In this document: positions 34,012-44,361 of the stretch, one piece after another
How positions within the stretch are numbered: position 1 is the stretch's first letter
How the letters are laid out: every line of letters begins with the position of its first letter
Source of the DNA: a virus
Length of the DNA: 55,119 nucleotides
Direction: 5' to 3' (one strand)
IMG/VR virus record: IMGVR_UViG_3300045988_040260
Span: 1-55,119 of that record
Program-made: the position numbers and the translations under genes
Notes under the pieces: generated by a model
What the model saw: the letters and a program-made list of their open reading frames with translations, nothing else
Database searches by the model: none
What the model was told of the DNA's origin: nothing

Positions 34012-35085
34012 CTACTCTTCGCTATGAACCTCATATACGAATGTGCTATCCATATTCTCATATGACGGAAGAACAACCTCGGAAGCAAATGTTGACATCT
34101 TCATAGGTGGTCCGTACTCTGTCTTTGTAGCGACTGTAATACCTACACCATATACTGTTACATCTACATCGGCTACCTGTCTTGCTGTTCTTTCTTCCGG
34201 TGTAGTGCCAAACCAAGTGCTGCCAAGGCTGCCTTCCGGAAGGAGTGTAACCTTGTTATCCGGGTAGAAGTACTGCTCCTTGCCATCATCATCAATGTAC
34301 ATCTTATCGTAAAGTACGATAGTGAGCTTTGTTCTCTTCTGCACTACTGAAATAACAGTATCATCGTCAACATCAATAGTTGCTGTAAGGTTCTGTGCAA
34401 GGATTGAGTTTCTTATCTGCGCATTATCAAGCAAATACTGGAATGTATTGCTGTTCATAAGCGCATATCTAGCAATCTTGCCTTGCTTCTGTAACTTCTT
34501 TCTTGCATTGTTAAGGTCTGTAAGTGGCTTTGAATTAGCTGTATCGCTCCACATACTTGTGCCTGATAACTTTGCGTAATGGTCTTTTGTATATGAGCCA
34601 TCCTTATCATAATCGTAAGCATACTGAACACCATCGCTCACAATGGCAATTACTGGGTGGCCCGCGCTTGTGGCAAGAAGTGACATTCTCATACGTTCCG
34701 GAACAACTTCTGCGCCGCTTACAAGGTTATTTGTATCGTCATACACACTCGATAAAGCACTTGCAAGGTAAGGGTCATCTTCTGATTGAATACGCTCGAT
34801 TTCAAGCATTTCCTCTTCACCGACTGTCATTCCCTCACGGAAGAATGCCATCTGTGTTTTTTCCTTGCTTAATCCCTCTCTAGCTCTAATTGTTGGGATT
34901 GTGTCAAAGTTGGATGGTGCAAGTGATACCGGTAGTCCTTTATGTGTCTTAATCCAGCTTAAATCAAGCCCCTGTTTCTTTCTTTCCGGAAACCACTGTA
35001 AACCAAGATAAGGTATCTGGTTACTAGCGTTTTCTGTTGCTGATAATGCGATAGACTTGCTGTCTAATACTTCATTAATTAACAT
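34012..35085 (-). CDS. Major capsid protein
   Basis: 357-aa ORF following the scaffold and decoration genes. Size and position are typical. Confidence 0.75.
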   Translation of the reverse strand: MLINEVLDSKSIALSATENASNQIPYLGLQWFPERKKQGLDLSWIKTHKGLPVSLAPSNFDTIPTIRAREGLSKEKTQMAFFREGMTVGEEEMLEIERIQSEDDPYLASALSSVYDDTNNLVSGAEVVPERMRMSLLATSAGHPVIAIVSDGVQYAYDYDKDGSYTKDHYAKLSGTSMWSDTANSKPLTDLNNARKKLQKQGKIARYALMNSNTFQYLLDNAQIRNSILAQNLTATIDVDDDTVISVVQKRTKLTIVLYDKMYIDDDGKEQYFYPDNKVTLLPEGSLGSTWFGTTPEERTARQVADVDVTVYGVGITVATKTEYGPPMKMSTFASEVVLPSYENMDSTFVYEVHSEE

Positions 35086-35102
35086 CTGTTTACCTCCTGT
35101 TA

Positions 35103-35456
35103 TTATTCAAATACAATCATTGGAAGAGCTGTCTTAACTGCTGCGTCATATGTAACGCCTGAGTGCGCTTCTGCTACCTTTGTGTTAAGATATGCTTTCT
35201 TAAGCAGTACTCCCTGTGGTCTGTCCTCTGTTACATCAAACCTTAAAATACCTACTACTGTGGCTGTATTGTCAGCCTTGCCGGTTGTTCCGATTGGTGT
35301 ACCCGCTTTGACAATCTTCTTGCCCTGTGCGTTTGTAGTTGTTACACCATCAAAATCAAGTGTCAGTGGGATTGCTTCATTAGGCTCTCTCTTTAAAATC
35401 TGAACATCTCCCGCGTATGAAGTCTTTTCATACTGCATATTCATTTCCTTTGCCAT
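35103..35456 (-). CDS. Head decoration-position protein
   Basis: 117-aa beta-rich ORF between the scaffold and capsid genes. Confidence 0.5.
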   Translation of the reverse strand: MAKEMNMQYEKTSYAGDVQILKREPNEAIPLTLDFDGVTTTNAQGKKIVKAGTPIGTTGKADNTATVVGILRFDVTEDRPQGVLLKKAYLNTKVAEAHSGVTYDAAVKTALPMIVFE

Positions 35457-35472
35457 TTTTTACCTCCTGTTA

Positions 35473-36033
35473 TTACTGAATGTAATGTGATAAAATGTTG
35501 TTGCTTTTAGGTGCATCAGATATAAGACTTTCTGCTATCTTTTCAGCATTTGTCTTATTTCCTGTATCACCATCGTTATTGTTACCGCCATTGCTTGGAT
35601 TAGGAGTATTGTTGAGTGCATTTTTCTCATACTCTGCTATCGCATTGGCTTTCATGTCGGAAATAATCTTGCCAAGTGATGTTGTATCAAAAGAGCCATC
35701 CTCTTTTACTACTGTCTTTGCCTGTTCTGCTGTGATTTTGAAATCAGTCATAGCTTTCTCACGCAAATCTCTGACAGCTTTATCTTTCTGTAGCATGGCT
35801 ATCTGCTGATTAGCTGTTTCTAAGGCTTTATTTGCCTTTTCCAGCTCGGTCATGTTGCCAGCCTGTAAATCATCAAGCTGTGTCTGTAGCTCGTCAGCTT
35901 TGTCGGCTTTAGCCTTATACTGATTGGCTTTCTCTTTCTCTCTTGCCATTTCCTCACCGCTCTTGTTAAGCAGATTTGTTATCTGCTCATCCGTTGCATC
36001 CGGGAAAAGCTTCAAAACATCATTTCTTGTCAT
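35473..36033 (-). CDS. Scaffolding protein
   Basis: 186 aa, highly helical and charged (E/K/A/Q). Upstream of the capsid gene. Confidence 0.7.
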   Translation of the reverse strand: MTRNDVLKLFPDATDEQITNLLNKSGEEMAREKEKANQYKAKADKADELQTQLDDLQAGNMTELEKANKALETANQQIAMLQKDKAVRDLREKAMTDFKITAEQAKTVVKEDGSFDTTSLGKIISDMKANAIAEYEKNALNNTPNPSNGGNNNDGDTGNKTNAEKIAESLISDAPKSNNILSHYIQ

Positions 36034-36163
36034 TTCAATTACCTCCGTAACTCACGCTTTTGTTATCGCTGGTTGCACCAGCCGAGTTTTTCTGTTGTTT
36101 GACGCACAACTGCAAATTTTGTATAATAAAAAGCAACCTATAAGTTTCCTTACAAGTTGCTCA

Positions 36164-36790
36164 TTATTTGTAATATTTAACACTGCACCGGCAGTTAGAA
36201 ATCTCTTTTACCTCTGCGCCAAGTGAATGGTCTTTTGGAAACATCATAAGTGAGTTTCCAACCTCAAATGGCTCAAAAATATCAATTCTCTTTCTGTCAA
36301 CTTCTGCATGTGTAGGTCTGACATGTGAATCTTCTTTTGAGCGCCACTCTTTTGTTTTGTAGCCCTGTTTTACCATTTCAGTTTGCAATCTGTAATTGCC
36401 GACCGCATTGGCTTCATTCGCAGCTACATTTTTTGCTCGCTTCTGTGATGTAAAATACTCTACTTCAGTATTTTGTGTGGTAGCGTCAACCACCTCATTC
36501 ACAATGTACCGGGCATAATCCGTAATATATGAAGGTGTTTTCTTTGCTTTGCAATACTGCGTAGCAATGCTCTCATATCTGATAATAAATTCTTTGGTGA
36601 TAGTGGTTATCTCTGTTTCTTCCTTGCCGGATAGCAAGGCAAATAACATAGCAAAGATTTTTTCAAACTTTTCAGCAAGCTTTTTTCTATCTTCCTTTTC
36701 CTCGTCAGATAAATCCATCTCACCAAAATATGTTTCGTAGTCAATATCTTTGATTTCGTCTTTATTCAGCGCGTGGATTTCATCTGCCAT
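36164..36790 (-). CDS. Head morphogenesis protein (Mu F / SPP1 gp7 family)
   Basis: C-terminal motif WRSKEDSHVRPTHAEVD..FEPFEVG..FPKD..NCRCS. Confidence 0.8.
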   Translation of the reverse strand: MADEIHALNKDEIKDIDYETYFGEMDLSDEEKEDRKKLAEKFEKIFAMLFALLSGKEETEITTITKEFIIRYESIATQYCKAKKTPSYITDYARYIVNEVVDATTQNTEVEYFTSQKRAKNVAANEANAVGNYRLQTEMVKQGYKTKEWRSKEDSHVRPTHAEVDRKRIDIFEPFEVGNSLMMFPKDHSLGAEVKEISNCRCSVKYYK

Positions 36791-36823
36791 CTTTTATTAC
36801 CTCAAATCAAAAAAGACAGCCAG

Positions 36824-38257
36824 TTATTCACTAGCTGTCGTGATGTTATTATTATCGTCATTGCTATCTTCGACTTTATCTGGATATAGACTCTCCATTC
36901 TAGCCTTACTCTCAAGTGCAACTTGTTCTGGGTCGCTAAACATATCAATGGTCTTAATTGCTCTCTTGTAGTGGACGCCACTTCTAAGCAGTATTTCAAG
37001 TACTTCTGCCTTAACAAGCATATTGTCAAGCTTATTGTGATTGATATGTATTTCAATATCGCTAGGCATAAGAGTGTAGCCTTTATTTATTCTAAGCCTA
37101 TTAAGAATAATCTTAAGTGACATTCTCTCCGACTTCTTAAGAATAGGCTCATTAATGGCGGTTCTAAGTTCTGCGTCATAATGTCCGTTTCTAAGTTCTA
37201 CAGCTCCTTGGGTATCACCACCAGTGTTGCCTTGGCGATTTGCAAGTCCTTGTATGCTTAAGAATTTTTCAAACAAATCATTGAAAACTACTTGCCCCTC
37301 GGTCTGATTAAGCTCGCTTGACATAATATCAACATCAGCTTTATTGTCAGTGCCGTTGTTGGACTTAACAACTAACGCTCCCTCTTGGCGCATTTTTCTG
37401 AATTGCTCTAAGTCAATCTCACAGTTGACAAACTTAATCCATGCCGATACGAACTGTTCTATGCCATTTACTCTGTCGGACTGCAAAGTGTTTATTGCGT
37501 CCGTAATAGGTATTGTGATTTCTATATCTGACAACCGCCTAGCATTGTTTGGGTATTCAATAACCGGGATTGCTCTGTTGCCATTTACTCCACTATCGAC
37601 TATCTTTCCGTTTCTAATGTCAAACCACTCGTTATTAGTAAAGCAAAAATAAACATCAGCTCCGTTTTCATCTTCTCCTATCTGGCAGGAAAAAGCCGGT
37701 CTGTTGTTTGAATAGTACACAACAAAGGTGTACATAGGATTTTCTGATGATAAGTAAAAATCACTCTCGTCAAGTAGCTCTCCCTTGCTCTCGTCATTTC
37801 CGATAAAGCGATAAGCAGTACCGCAAATACTTCTCCAACGGCAAATATCTATGTCAACCTCTTGCTTGCTTTCAGAATCCATTGTCACATTAAGATTTGT
37901 AATTTCCTCTGATTTCTTATCATCTGTGCCACGTAACACATATTGGATAGGTTCAGCGCATATATCCGCTGTTTTTCTCTCAACAAGCTCATACGCAAGG
38001 TTGACCGGTATCTTGTTGTTTATTTCTGGTCTGTTTACCTTTTGACGATACAGAATCGGTTGGTCTCCACGATAGTACCTATCAAGATATTCAATCTCAA
38101 TTGCGTTTAACTCATGGATTACAAGAGCTTTATTCAATTCATCAACGATATTGTTAGCTGTGATAACTCTTTTTCTCGTGTAAATTATCTGTCTACCAAA
38201 ATTGTTATGGCATACAGCAGAAAAAGGTCTCACATTTTTATGAGCATATCTATACAT
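36824..38257 (-). CDS. Portal protein (SPP1 gp6-like)
   Basis: 477 aa from the ATG at 38257 (TGATG junction with the upstream gene). N-terminus ITANNIVDELNKALVIHELNAIEIEYLDRYYRGDQPILYRQK. Confidence 0.85.
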   Translation of the reverse strand: MYRYAHKNVRPFSAVCHNNFGRQIIYTRKRVITANNIVDELNKALVIHELNAIEIEYLDRYYRGDQPILYRQKVNRPEINNKIPVNLAYELVERKTADICAEPIQYVLRGTDDKKSEEITNLNVTMDSESKQEVDIDICRWRSICGTAYRFIGNDESKGELLDESDFYLSSENPMYTFVVYYSNNRPAFSCQIGEDENGADVYFCFTNNEWFDIRNGKIVDSGVNGNRAIPVIEYPNNARRLSDIEITIPITDAINTLQSDRVNGIEQFVSAWIKFVNCEIDLEQFRKMRQEGALVVKSNNGTDNKADVDIMSSELNQTEGQVVFNDLFEKFLSIQGLANRQGNTGGDTQGAVELRNGHYDAELRTAINEPILKKSERMSLKIILNRLRINKGYTLMPSDIEIHINHNKLDNMLVKAEVLEILLRSGVHYKRAIKTIDMFSDPEQVALESKARMESLYPDKVEDSNDDNNNITTASE

Positions 38258-38478
38258 CAATAAAACCTCATGCCACTTGTAGAAGTTCTCTGTGGAACCT
38301 CTTTTATCTGAAATTCTTGTGTGCCAGCCCAAAACCATATCCATTTACGGCAGTGCGTACACATTACCTTGTGGTGTTTCTTATCGTTTTCATCTACCCA
38401 CGTTAATAGCTTTCCGCAACGAGGGCACATTACACTTCGTTTTCCTGTTGGTACAATATTAATATTCTGATTATTCAT
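38257..38478 (-). CDS. Zinc-ribbon protein (Mu Com-like)
   Basis: 73 aa with MCPRCGKLL..VMCTHCRKWIWF. Confidence 0.55.
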   Translation of the reverse strand: MNNQNINIVPTGKRSVMCPRCGKLLTWVDENDKKHHKVMCTHCRKWIWFWAGTQEFQIKEVPQRTSTSGMRFY

Positions 38479-38611
38479 GTCACCCTCGATTCACTAAAAA
38501 TGGCACCCACAATCTGTGAGCGCCATTTCTAAAAGAGATTTTCGCAATGAACGAATTACATTTTTTTCATCTTACACATTATCACATTCTAAGCGAACCG
38601 AACGAACAAAC

Positions 38612-39046
38612 TTACATTTTCTTAAAAAATCTTTCAAACTCCATTCTTACGCTATCTGCCGTGGCTTTACCACCAAGCGCATATGCCGTCTGCAACCATG
38701 ATTTATTTTCCAAAAATCTAAAATTAATTATTCTTCTCATTCTGCTATCATCAAGGCTTGCTATAAATTCTTCTACATCGTTTGTCTTTTCGAGCAAATC
38801 ATCTTGTAAAAGCTGTAGCGTAGTCATTCTTGAGTACAATAATGTGCGCTTGCGTCCGTATTCAGGGTATGGTACACCCTCGATTTTGAAGTGCTGTGTG
38901 CCACCCATACCGCCCGATACAGCGTCAATCACACTTTCTCCGTTTTCTATCTTTTCAAGGTCATCTTGCAATTTAGCAATTTTCTTTCTAACCTCTTTGA
39001 TTTCCTCTTGTAAGTCTGAATACTGTGATAAAACTTCCTTTGTCAT
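38612..39046 (-). CDS. Hypothetical protein with coiled-coil N-terminus and sigma-70 region-4-like C-terminus
   Basis: 144 aa with ..RMRRIINFRFLENKSWLQTAYALG..SVRMEFERF. ATGA-type junction with terL. Confidence 0.55.
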   Translation of the reverse strand: MTKEVLSQYSDLQEEIKEVRKKIAKLQDDLEKIENGESVIDAVSGGMGGTQHFKIEGVPYPEYGRKRTLLYSRMTTLQLLQDDLLEKTNDVEEFIASLDDSRMRRIINFRFLENKSWLQTAYALGGKATADSVRMEFERFFKKM

Positions 39047-40800
39047 TAATAAAGTCCTCCTCTAAACGGATTGTGTGTTGCTTCTACTCTTGCTACAGTT
39101 CCAGTTCTCATTTCATTTTCAAACAATGCAATGCTGTCTGGTGCATCGTCATGCTTTACTTTTCCGCTTCTTGTCATGGTTGTAAGCTCTTTCATAAACT
39201 TGTAATATTGGCTCTGCCTGTCCATTTTCTTAAAATCACGGAAATAATAATCTCGAATGATATTATCTCTTGCGTTTTCCATTCGGGTTATTTTGTTTGA
39301 ACAATTAAATTTAAACCTTGCGCTACACCTACCGCCCTGTGACTTTACAATGTCCATTACATCGCGCCCAAAATATTCTCCTGCGCTGTTGCTTTCAAAT
39401 GTGACTGTCTTGACATTATGTTTAATAAGCATATTGGCACATTCTGGTTTGGTGAACTGTGTTCCGGCATTATCAAATACTACATCAACTATGTATACCT
39501 CATTTCCGTAAACATAGCCAATCGGCATTGAGCAACTATCCTCTCCCTTATCTGCGCTATCGCAAGCTGCCATAATAGCGTCTGGCTCTCTGTCAACTGG
39601 TAGTTCCTCAAAGTAATTAAGTTCTTTTTCTGCAAACATACGACCTTTTGCTTCAAATGGTTCTTGTTGAAACTCTGCTGCCCAGGTTTCTTCTGATACA
39701 AGTTTGCGCTCTTTGCGGTAGTAGTCTGTTGTAAATATCTTTCGCAAGCCCTTTTTATCCTTGCGGTATATTTCCCAGTTACTTTCATCTGTCACAGGGT
39801 CAAGTGCTGGTACGGCTACTTCTCGCCACCGCCACCCCAGTTCGTCTGCCTTGTTTTGTAATGCTGTAATAGGGTCATATAGGCTGTATTTAGTTCCTTG
39901 TATAATAATGGGTGTTCCCTCTAATCGTCTGCCGAGTACATCATCTGTAACCTTTTCGCAAAGGAACTCTAGTCTTTCTCTGTTTCGTGCTTCTTCATGA
40001 TTTTTTACGCAGTCATCAATGTATACAAGCACATTTGCTTCGGTACATCCTACGATTGCACCATCAATAGGTCTACAGGTAAATGTCGGGAAAATATTTT
40101 TACTTTTAAGGTCAATTGACAAGTTCTCGGCACTTTTGTAATCTTTTTCGCCTATCTTTGTTGCTTCTGGAAAAACGCTCAAAAACCGTTGATATGTGCT
40201 TTCTGTCTCAAATCCTTGTAACAAACCACCATAAAAACGCTTAACAAGCCCTTCGCCTTTTCCGACAGCGAATATACTTCCGTCTGGGTCTCTTCCGCCC
40301 ATCATCTGTGCCAATTTTAAGCCACCTGTGGTTTTTCCTGTTCTTTTTGGTTGTGATACGGACAGAAAATCTAATTTTCCGTCATAAATTTCTTGGTAGG
40401 CTTTAACTACAGGCTGTAGTACTTTATATCTTGGAAAATAAAACCTCTTATATGGGTCTTTTTCATCAATTTCAATGTAATAAAAAAAGCTGTCCACAAG
40501 ATAGGCTGACTCGTACATTAAAACATCGTAGAATTGTTGAAGCACTTTGTATGTCGTATCGTGCTCCCCGGCATACACCTCTAGGTCTGCAACTCTGCCG
40601 CCTGTATGTTGTTTGACATAAATTGCTATAAGTTGCTTTACCCTTGCCGATATTTTCAATCCATAATCAACATCATGTTCTGTCCTTAAGGCAACCGCTA
40701 CGGCTTGTATGTATGCATCTATTACCTGTTCATCTATTCCATTTCTTTCTATGTAATTTTCGTAGCTATCAACTGTGGAAATAAGGCTCTGACTAGCCAT
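39046..40800 (-). CDS. terL: Terminase large subunit
   Basis: 584 aa from the ATG at 40800, with GAGGTG upstream. Walker A SQPKRTGKTTGG and a nuclease-half acidic motif. Confidence 0.88.
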   Translation of the reverse strand: MASQSLISTVDSYENYIERNGIDEQVIDAYIQAVAVALRTEHDVDYGLKISARVKQLIAIYVKQHTGGRVADLEVYAGEHDTTYKVLQQFYDVLMYESAYLVDSFFYYIEIDEKDPYKRFYFPRYKVLQPVVKAYQEIYDGKLDFLSVSQPKRTGKTTGGLKLAQMMGGRDPDGSIFAVGKGEGLVKRFYGGLLQGFETESTYQRFLSVFPEATKIGEKDYKSAENLSIDLKSKNIFPTFTCRPIDGAIVGCTEANVLVYIDDCVKNHEEARNRERLEFLCEKVTDDVLGRRLEGTPIIIQGTKYSLYDPITALQNKADELGWRWREVAVPALDPVTDESNWEIYRKDKKGLRKIFTTDYYRKERKLVSEETWAAEFQQEPFEAKGRMFAEKELNYFEELPVDREPDAIMAACDSADKGEDSCSMPIGYVYGNEVYIVDVVFDNAGTQFTKPECANMLIKHNVKTVTFESNSAGEYFGRDVMDIVKSQGGRCSARFKFNCSNKITRMENARDNIIRDYYFRDFKKMDRQSQYYKFMKELTTMTRSGKVKHDDAPDSIALFENEMRTGTVARVEATHNPFRGGLY

Positions 40801-40905
40801 AAAGAAAAGCACCTCGCTTTCTAGCAAAGGTGCTTATAGACCTCTGCCTATAATTTTTCTAGGTTAGCAACTAACTCCGTTTGTTAGCCGGTAATGTTTT
40901 TATTT

Positions 40906-41505
40906 TTAATATTCTTTGATTTTTCCGTCTATATCCCTTATTTTCAACTCATCAGCTTCAAATACAACAACTAATTGTTTTTTGTCTCCAACTTCTGCCG
41001 CTGATATTATATCGCGAACATTAGGTATCTCGTGTCCATTTAAAAACAATGTAATTCGTGCGTTATATTTGTGGCATATATCTAATAATATTTCGCTTTT
41101 TGCTTTTGATGATTGGTATGATAATTTATCATATTTTTCAGCCTTTTCAAGCACAAGCATTAAATCCTTAAATGTCAAACCGTATCTTTTGTCTTTTGTC
41201 CATCCACCTAATTTTTCATCAATTATATGCTTTAATTCTCTTATCTCATCGTCTTTGCTTTGTAATATTTTTTTAATATCTTTTTCACTTGAGCATCCAT
41301 TGACAATACATTTTGCAATATCAATAAATTGTTGCGGATGTTCAACTCTGTTTAATGCCTCTTCAAAGGTGTAATTTCCTTTGTAATCCATAATAATTCC
41401 GACAGCTTCATACTTTCCAAGATTAACTCCTAAAAATCGGTCTGTAACTGTATTCCATATGGCGTACAGATTGTCTACATCATCTTGCAATGCAACTATT
41501 AACAT
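40906..41505 (-). CDS. Hypothetical protein (occupies the small-terminase position)
   Basis: 199-aa ORF immediately upstream of terL. No TerS motif recognised. Confidence 0.55.
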   Translation of the reverse strand: MLIVALQDDVDNLYAIWNTVTDRFLGVNLGKYEAVGIIMDYKGNYTFEEALNRVEHPQQFIDIAKCIVNGCSSEKDIKKILQSKDDEIRELKHIIDEKLGGWTKDKRYGLTFKDLMLVLEKAEKYDKLSYQSSKAKSEILLDICHKYNARITLFLNGHEIPNVRDIISAAEVGDKKQLVVVFEADELKIRDIDGKIKEY

Positions 41506-41509
41506 AATC

Positions 41510-41704
41510 TCACTCCTTGTTCAGTTCATCCGCACGCCTTGTCATTTCAATCTGTGTTCCGTTTTCATCCCTTGTGCAGACAGATACATATCTGTCACAG
41601 CCACCACTTGGTATATTGTCAAGTCTTATTTCCGTTTTATTATCATTAAACTTGTAACATTTACGCATTTCTTCAATGCAGTTATTCATTTCTGCTATTT
41701 TCAT
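41510..41704 (-). CDS. Hypothetical protein
   Basis: 64-aa ORF. Confidence 0.5.
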   Translation of the reverse strand: MKIAEMNNCIEEMRKCYKFNDNKTEIRLDNIPSGGCDRYVSVCTRDENGTQIEMTRRADELNKE

Positions 41705-41708
41705 AATC

Positions 41709-41888
41709 TCACCCCTTAAAGTAATCTCTCAACGCTTGCCTGTCTGCTTCATTATCTGCCTCAATAACAGGTTCATCTTCTAAAGTGAAACAATCTATAG
41801 GCTCACCATTTCTACCGCCTATTTCGCGCGATTGTGCTTCTCTAAGTGCTTCACGCTCTATTGATTTAATTACTTCTGCCATGCTCAT
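41709..41888 (-). CDS. Small acidic protein (59 aa)
   Basis: GAGGTGA RBS upstream of the ATG at 41888. Below the track cutoff. Confidence 0.45.
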   Translation of the reverse strand: MSMAEVIKSIEREALREAQSREIGGRNGEPIDCFTLEDEPVIEADNEADRQALRDYFKG

Positions 41889-41897
41889 TGCGTCACC

Positions 41898-42152
41898 TCA
41901 AATTCTTGTTTCTATGTGTTCTTTTACAAATTCTTCTTTTTCTTCGTCATAAATAGCAGCGCCGTGTTTATCTGTTTTGATTTTATCAAATTCGCACTTG
42001 ATTTTAATAAAGGGTACTCTTAAAGGGGCACAATCAGCATGAAAATCAATATTTACCACACCTTTTTGCCATTTCCCATTAGCATAGACCTTTGTATATC
42101 CGCCTTTGCGAGTTTTAATGATTATCCTATTCCTTGTTTTCTTCATTTTCAC
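41898..42152 (-). CDS. Hypothetical protein
   Basis: 84-aa basic ORF. Confidence 0.5.
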   Translation of the reverse strand: MKMKKTRNRIIIKTRKGGYTKVYANGKWQKGVVNIDFHADCAPLRVPFIKIKCEFDKIKTDKHGAAIYDEEKEEFVKEHIETRI

Positions 42153-42336
42153 CCTCCTGTATTTGCTTAATTATATCCCTTAAGATAAAAACAAAACCCA
42201 TTCCAGACAATATGCTAAGTGTTCTTGCAGCAATATCTACAAAAATTATGTTCAACGCAAACACAGTTATCAGCCAAGTTGAAGCAAAAGCTATTGAAAT
42301 TGTAATTATTTTAATTGCCTTTTCCAGTTTTTGCAT
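42127..42336 (-). CDS. Small membrane protein
   Basis: 69 aa with two hydrophobic segments. Confidence 0.5.
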   Translation of the reverse strand: MQKLEKAIKIITISIAFASTWLITVFALNIIFVDIAARTLSILSGMGFVFILRDIIKQIQEGENEENKE

Positions 42337-42547
42337 TGTAATACACCTTAAATCCTTTATCCTTAAATTTTGCTATATCCTTATCAAGCTCGTTTTTGCT
42401 CTCATACTTGTTATTCAGCATGATTGCGATACCATCTTTTTTTACTGCGTATATGCCAAACGGCATATACTTGCTCGCTGTCGCTAACAGAATTGCAAAT
42501 TGAGCTATGTTCATTTCATAAATGTTGCCACCCATGTTAACTGTCAT
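42311..42547 (-). CDS. Hypothetical protein
   Basis: 78 aa from the ATG at 42547. The longer track ORF would overlap upstream by 59 nt. Confidence 0.5.
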   Translation of the reverse strand: MTVNMGGNIYEMNIAQFAILLATASKYMPFGIYAVKKDGIAIMLNNKYESKNELDKDIAKFKDKGFKVYYNAKTGKGN

Positions 42548-42830
42548 TTTCCATAAACCTCTCAAAATCTTCCCTGCACTTAGGGCATAAGTCAATTTGC
42601 TTTGTCTTTGTACAATAGTATTCTTCTAATACAATATTTTCTATGCCGTCTCTACTTATAACCGGTTCTATTTTCCCTTGTTTAATTTCCGTAAATATTT
42701 CTTTGAAAGACATAGCCCTTTTTAAATTCACGGTTCTTAGACAAGGGAATATTCGGTCATACCATATTTTAGGCTTTTCTATTTCCGTCCCACACCTATC
42801 GCAAGTGCACCATTCTTTTTGATGTTTCAT
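42537..42830 (-). CDS. Zinc-ribbon protein
   Basis: CTCDRCG ... CPKC. Confidence 0.55.
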   Translation of the reverse strand: MKHQKEWCTCDRCGTEIEKPKIWYDRIFPCLRTVNLKRAMSFKEIFTEIKQGKIEPVISRDGIENIVLEEYYCTKTKQIDLCPKCREDFERFMENDS

Positions 42831-42842
42831 AAAATTCCTCGC

Positions 42843-43043
42843 TTACAAATCAAGTTTATTCAAATAATCCGTTCCGCTATTTTTAAGTGCCTTGCTAATG
42901 CCGTTAATCGTATTAGCCATTGTCTGTTCGACTTCCTTTATCTTCTCAACTCTTCCACCACATTGCAACGATAAGTAGCTTTTCTGCCAATCGCTTGCGT
43001 TTACAACTATACTATTGTGAATATCTTTCTGTGTAACCATCAT
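42843..43043 (-). CDS. Hypothetical protein
   Basis: 66 aa from the ATG at 43043 with an RBS-like GGCGGTGGA upstream. Confidence 0.45.
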   Translation of the reverse strand: MMVTQKDIHNSIVVNASDWQKSYLSLQCGGRVEKIKEVEQTMANTINGISKALKNSGTDYLNKLDL

Positions 43044-43054
43044 TCCACCGCCTT

Positions 43055-43402
43055 TTAAGCCAACCCTAGCATACATAAAATATCAAATACTGATATTTCC
43101 TCTGTGTCCTCTCTTGTGTGCATAAGAATTTCTTTAAGCTTTTCATTTTCTCTGTTGCTGTATTTATTTCTATCACACATTCTCGAAAAACAATAATATT
43201 TGCAATATCCATAACCTGTACCAAGCATATTTCCATGAATACTCTTCCCGACAATATCGTAATATTTTGGTACTTTTAAAATATTGTGTTCTTCATCTAG
43301 GGTACATTCCTTTTGTTCTGCTTCTAGCTTTGATTGAAGATATTTCAGAAAACTTCGTATATCCTGTTCTGATTTTGAAATATATAAAATAGTTTCTTTC
43401 AT
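43055..43402 (-). CDS. Hypothetical protein
   Basis: 115-aa ORF. Confidence 0.55.
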   Translation of the reverse strand: MKETILYISKSEQDIRSFLKYLQSKLEAEQKECTLDEEHNILKVPKYYDIVGKSIHGNMLGTGYGYCKYYCFSRMCDRNKYSNRENEKLKEILMHTREDTEEISVFDILCMLGLA

Positions 43403-43417
43403 TCTTTCACCAACTTT

Positions 43418-43687
43418 CTAAGCACCACTCATAAACATATTTCCAAAATGCAAATCATTTAGTGCTTTTTCTAATTCGTCTTTGTACCTAAATGGACTTA
43501 AAGGACTTTTTATTTCTTCCCTCAATATAGGCGACATATTGTCTATCAAAATACCTTGTGTAGCACTTGCAAGGTTTTGTTGTGGCAAATCCGCTAAAGC
43601 GCATAACTCCATTCTTTTATGGTCACATTTTTTAGATTTAGGGCAACTTTTACATTTTTCTGCTAATTTGCTTAAAGGTTCCGCCAT
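43418..43687 (-). CDS. Hypothetical protein
   Basis: 89-aa ORF. Confidence 0.5.
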   Translation of the reverse strand: MAEPLSKLAEKCKSCPKSKKCDHKRMELCALADLPQQNLASATQGILIDNMSPILREEIKSPLSPFRYKDELEKALNDLHFGNMFMSGA

Positions 43688-43689
43688 TA

Positions 43690-43872
43690 CTACACCAACT
43701 TTCTACCGCAGATATGGCAAAAATTGATTGCTATTTGATTTTTATGTTTTTTGCCTGTGTCTCTATCAATAGCAATGACTGTATTTGCTGTAAGGCATAT
43801 AATGCTGCCATCATCATTTAGTATTATGTCTCGTTTTCCGTTTTTGCAAAATTCGCACATATTACACCTCAA
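43690..43872 (-). CDS. Zinc-ribbon protein
   Basis: CNMCEFC ... CHICG. Confidence 0.5.
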   Translation of the reverse strand: MRCNMCEFCKNGKRDIILNDDGSIICLTANTVIAIDRDTGKKHKNQIAINFCHICGRKLV

Positions 43873-44137
43873 TCAAAGTAAATTTTCGTTTTTTAACAAT
43901 TTTGTCTCCATGAAGCATTCCGTCTATGTCTCTGCCACACCCCATATTGATTGTGTCTACATCATATTTGCCTAAATACACTTGATATTCTTTTCCGGCA
44001 ATAGAGATAGTTCCAAGTGGATTTTTGTTTTCAAAACTTGCATTAAAGTCACTGTAGTCATAAGGCGTACCACAATAAGGGCATTTATTAAGCTTTCTGT
44101 TAATCGGTGCGCCACAGTTCACACAATTTGTATTCAT
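43862..44137 (-). CDS. Zinc-ribbon protein
   Basis: CVNCGAP..CPYCG at the N-terminus. Confidence 0.55.
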   Translation of the reverse strand: MNTNCVNCGAPINRKLNKCPYCGTPYDYSDFNASFENKNPLGTISIAGKEYQVYLGKYDVDTINMGCGRDIDGMLHGDKIVKKRKFTLIEV

Positions 44138-44140
44138 TGG

Positions 44141-44341
44141 TTATTCTTCCTTTGCCTTAAACAGTGTATCAGGAAATGGAATACCTAAAAAATGCATATT
44201 TGCGTACTTCCTAAATGTCGGTCTGCTCATGCCAGCCATTTTTGCAGCTTTCGATTGTGAACATCTGCCGTATGCGTATTCCGTCAATGCTTCTTGGAAT
44301 AGTTTGGCATTTCGTGTCTTAACTCCCTTTGCCATAGACAC
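44141..44341 (-). CDS. Small HTH protein
   Basis: 66 aa with CSQSKAAKMAGMSRPTFRKY (HTH). First gene after the tRNA island. Confidence 0.55.
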   Translation of the reverse strand: MSMAKGVKTRNAKLFQEALTEYAYGRCSQSKAAKMAGMSRPTFRKYANMHFLGIPFPDTLFKAKEE

Positions 44342-44361
44342 ATCTCCTTATTTTTTGATAA

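Noticed and set aside
38547-39065. 172-aa plus-strand ORF.
   Set aside because: It is antisense to the well-supported minus-strand gene 38612..39046, has no RBS and has a Ser/Leu-rich shadow composition.
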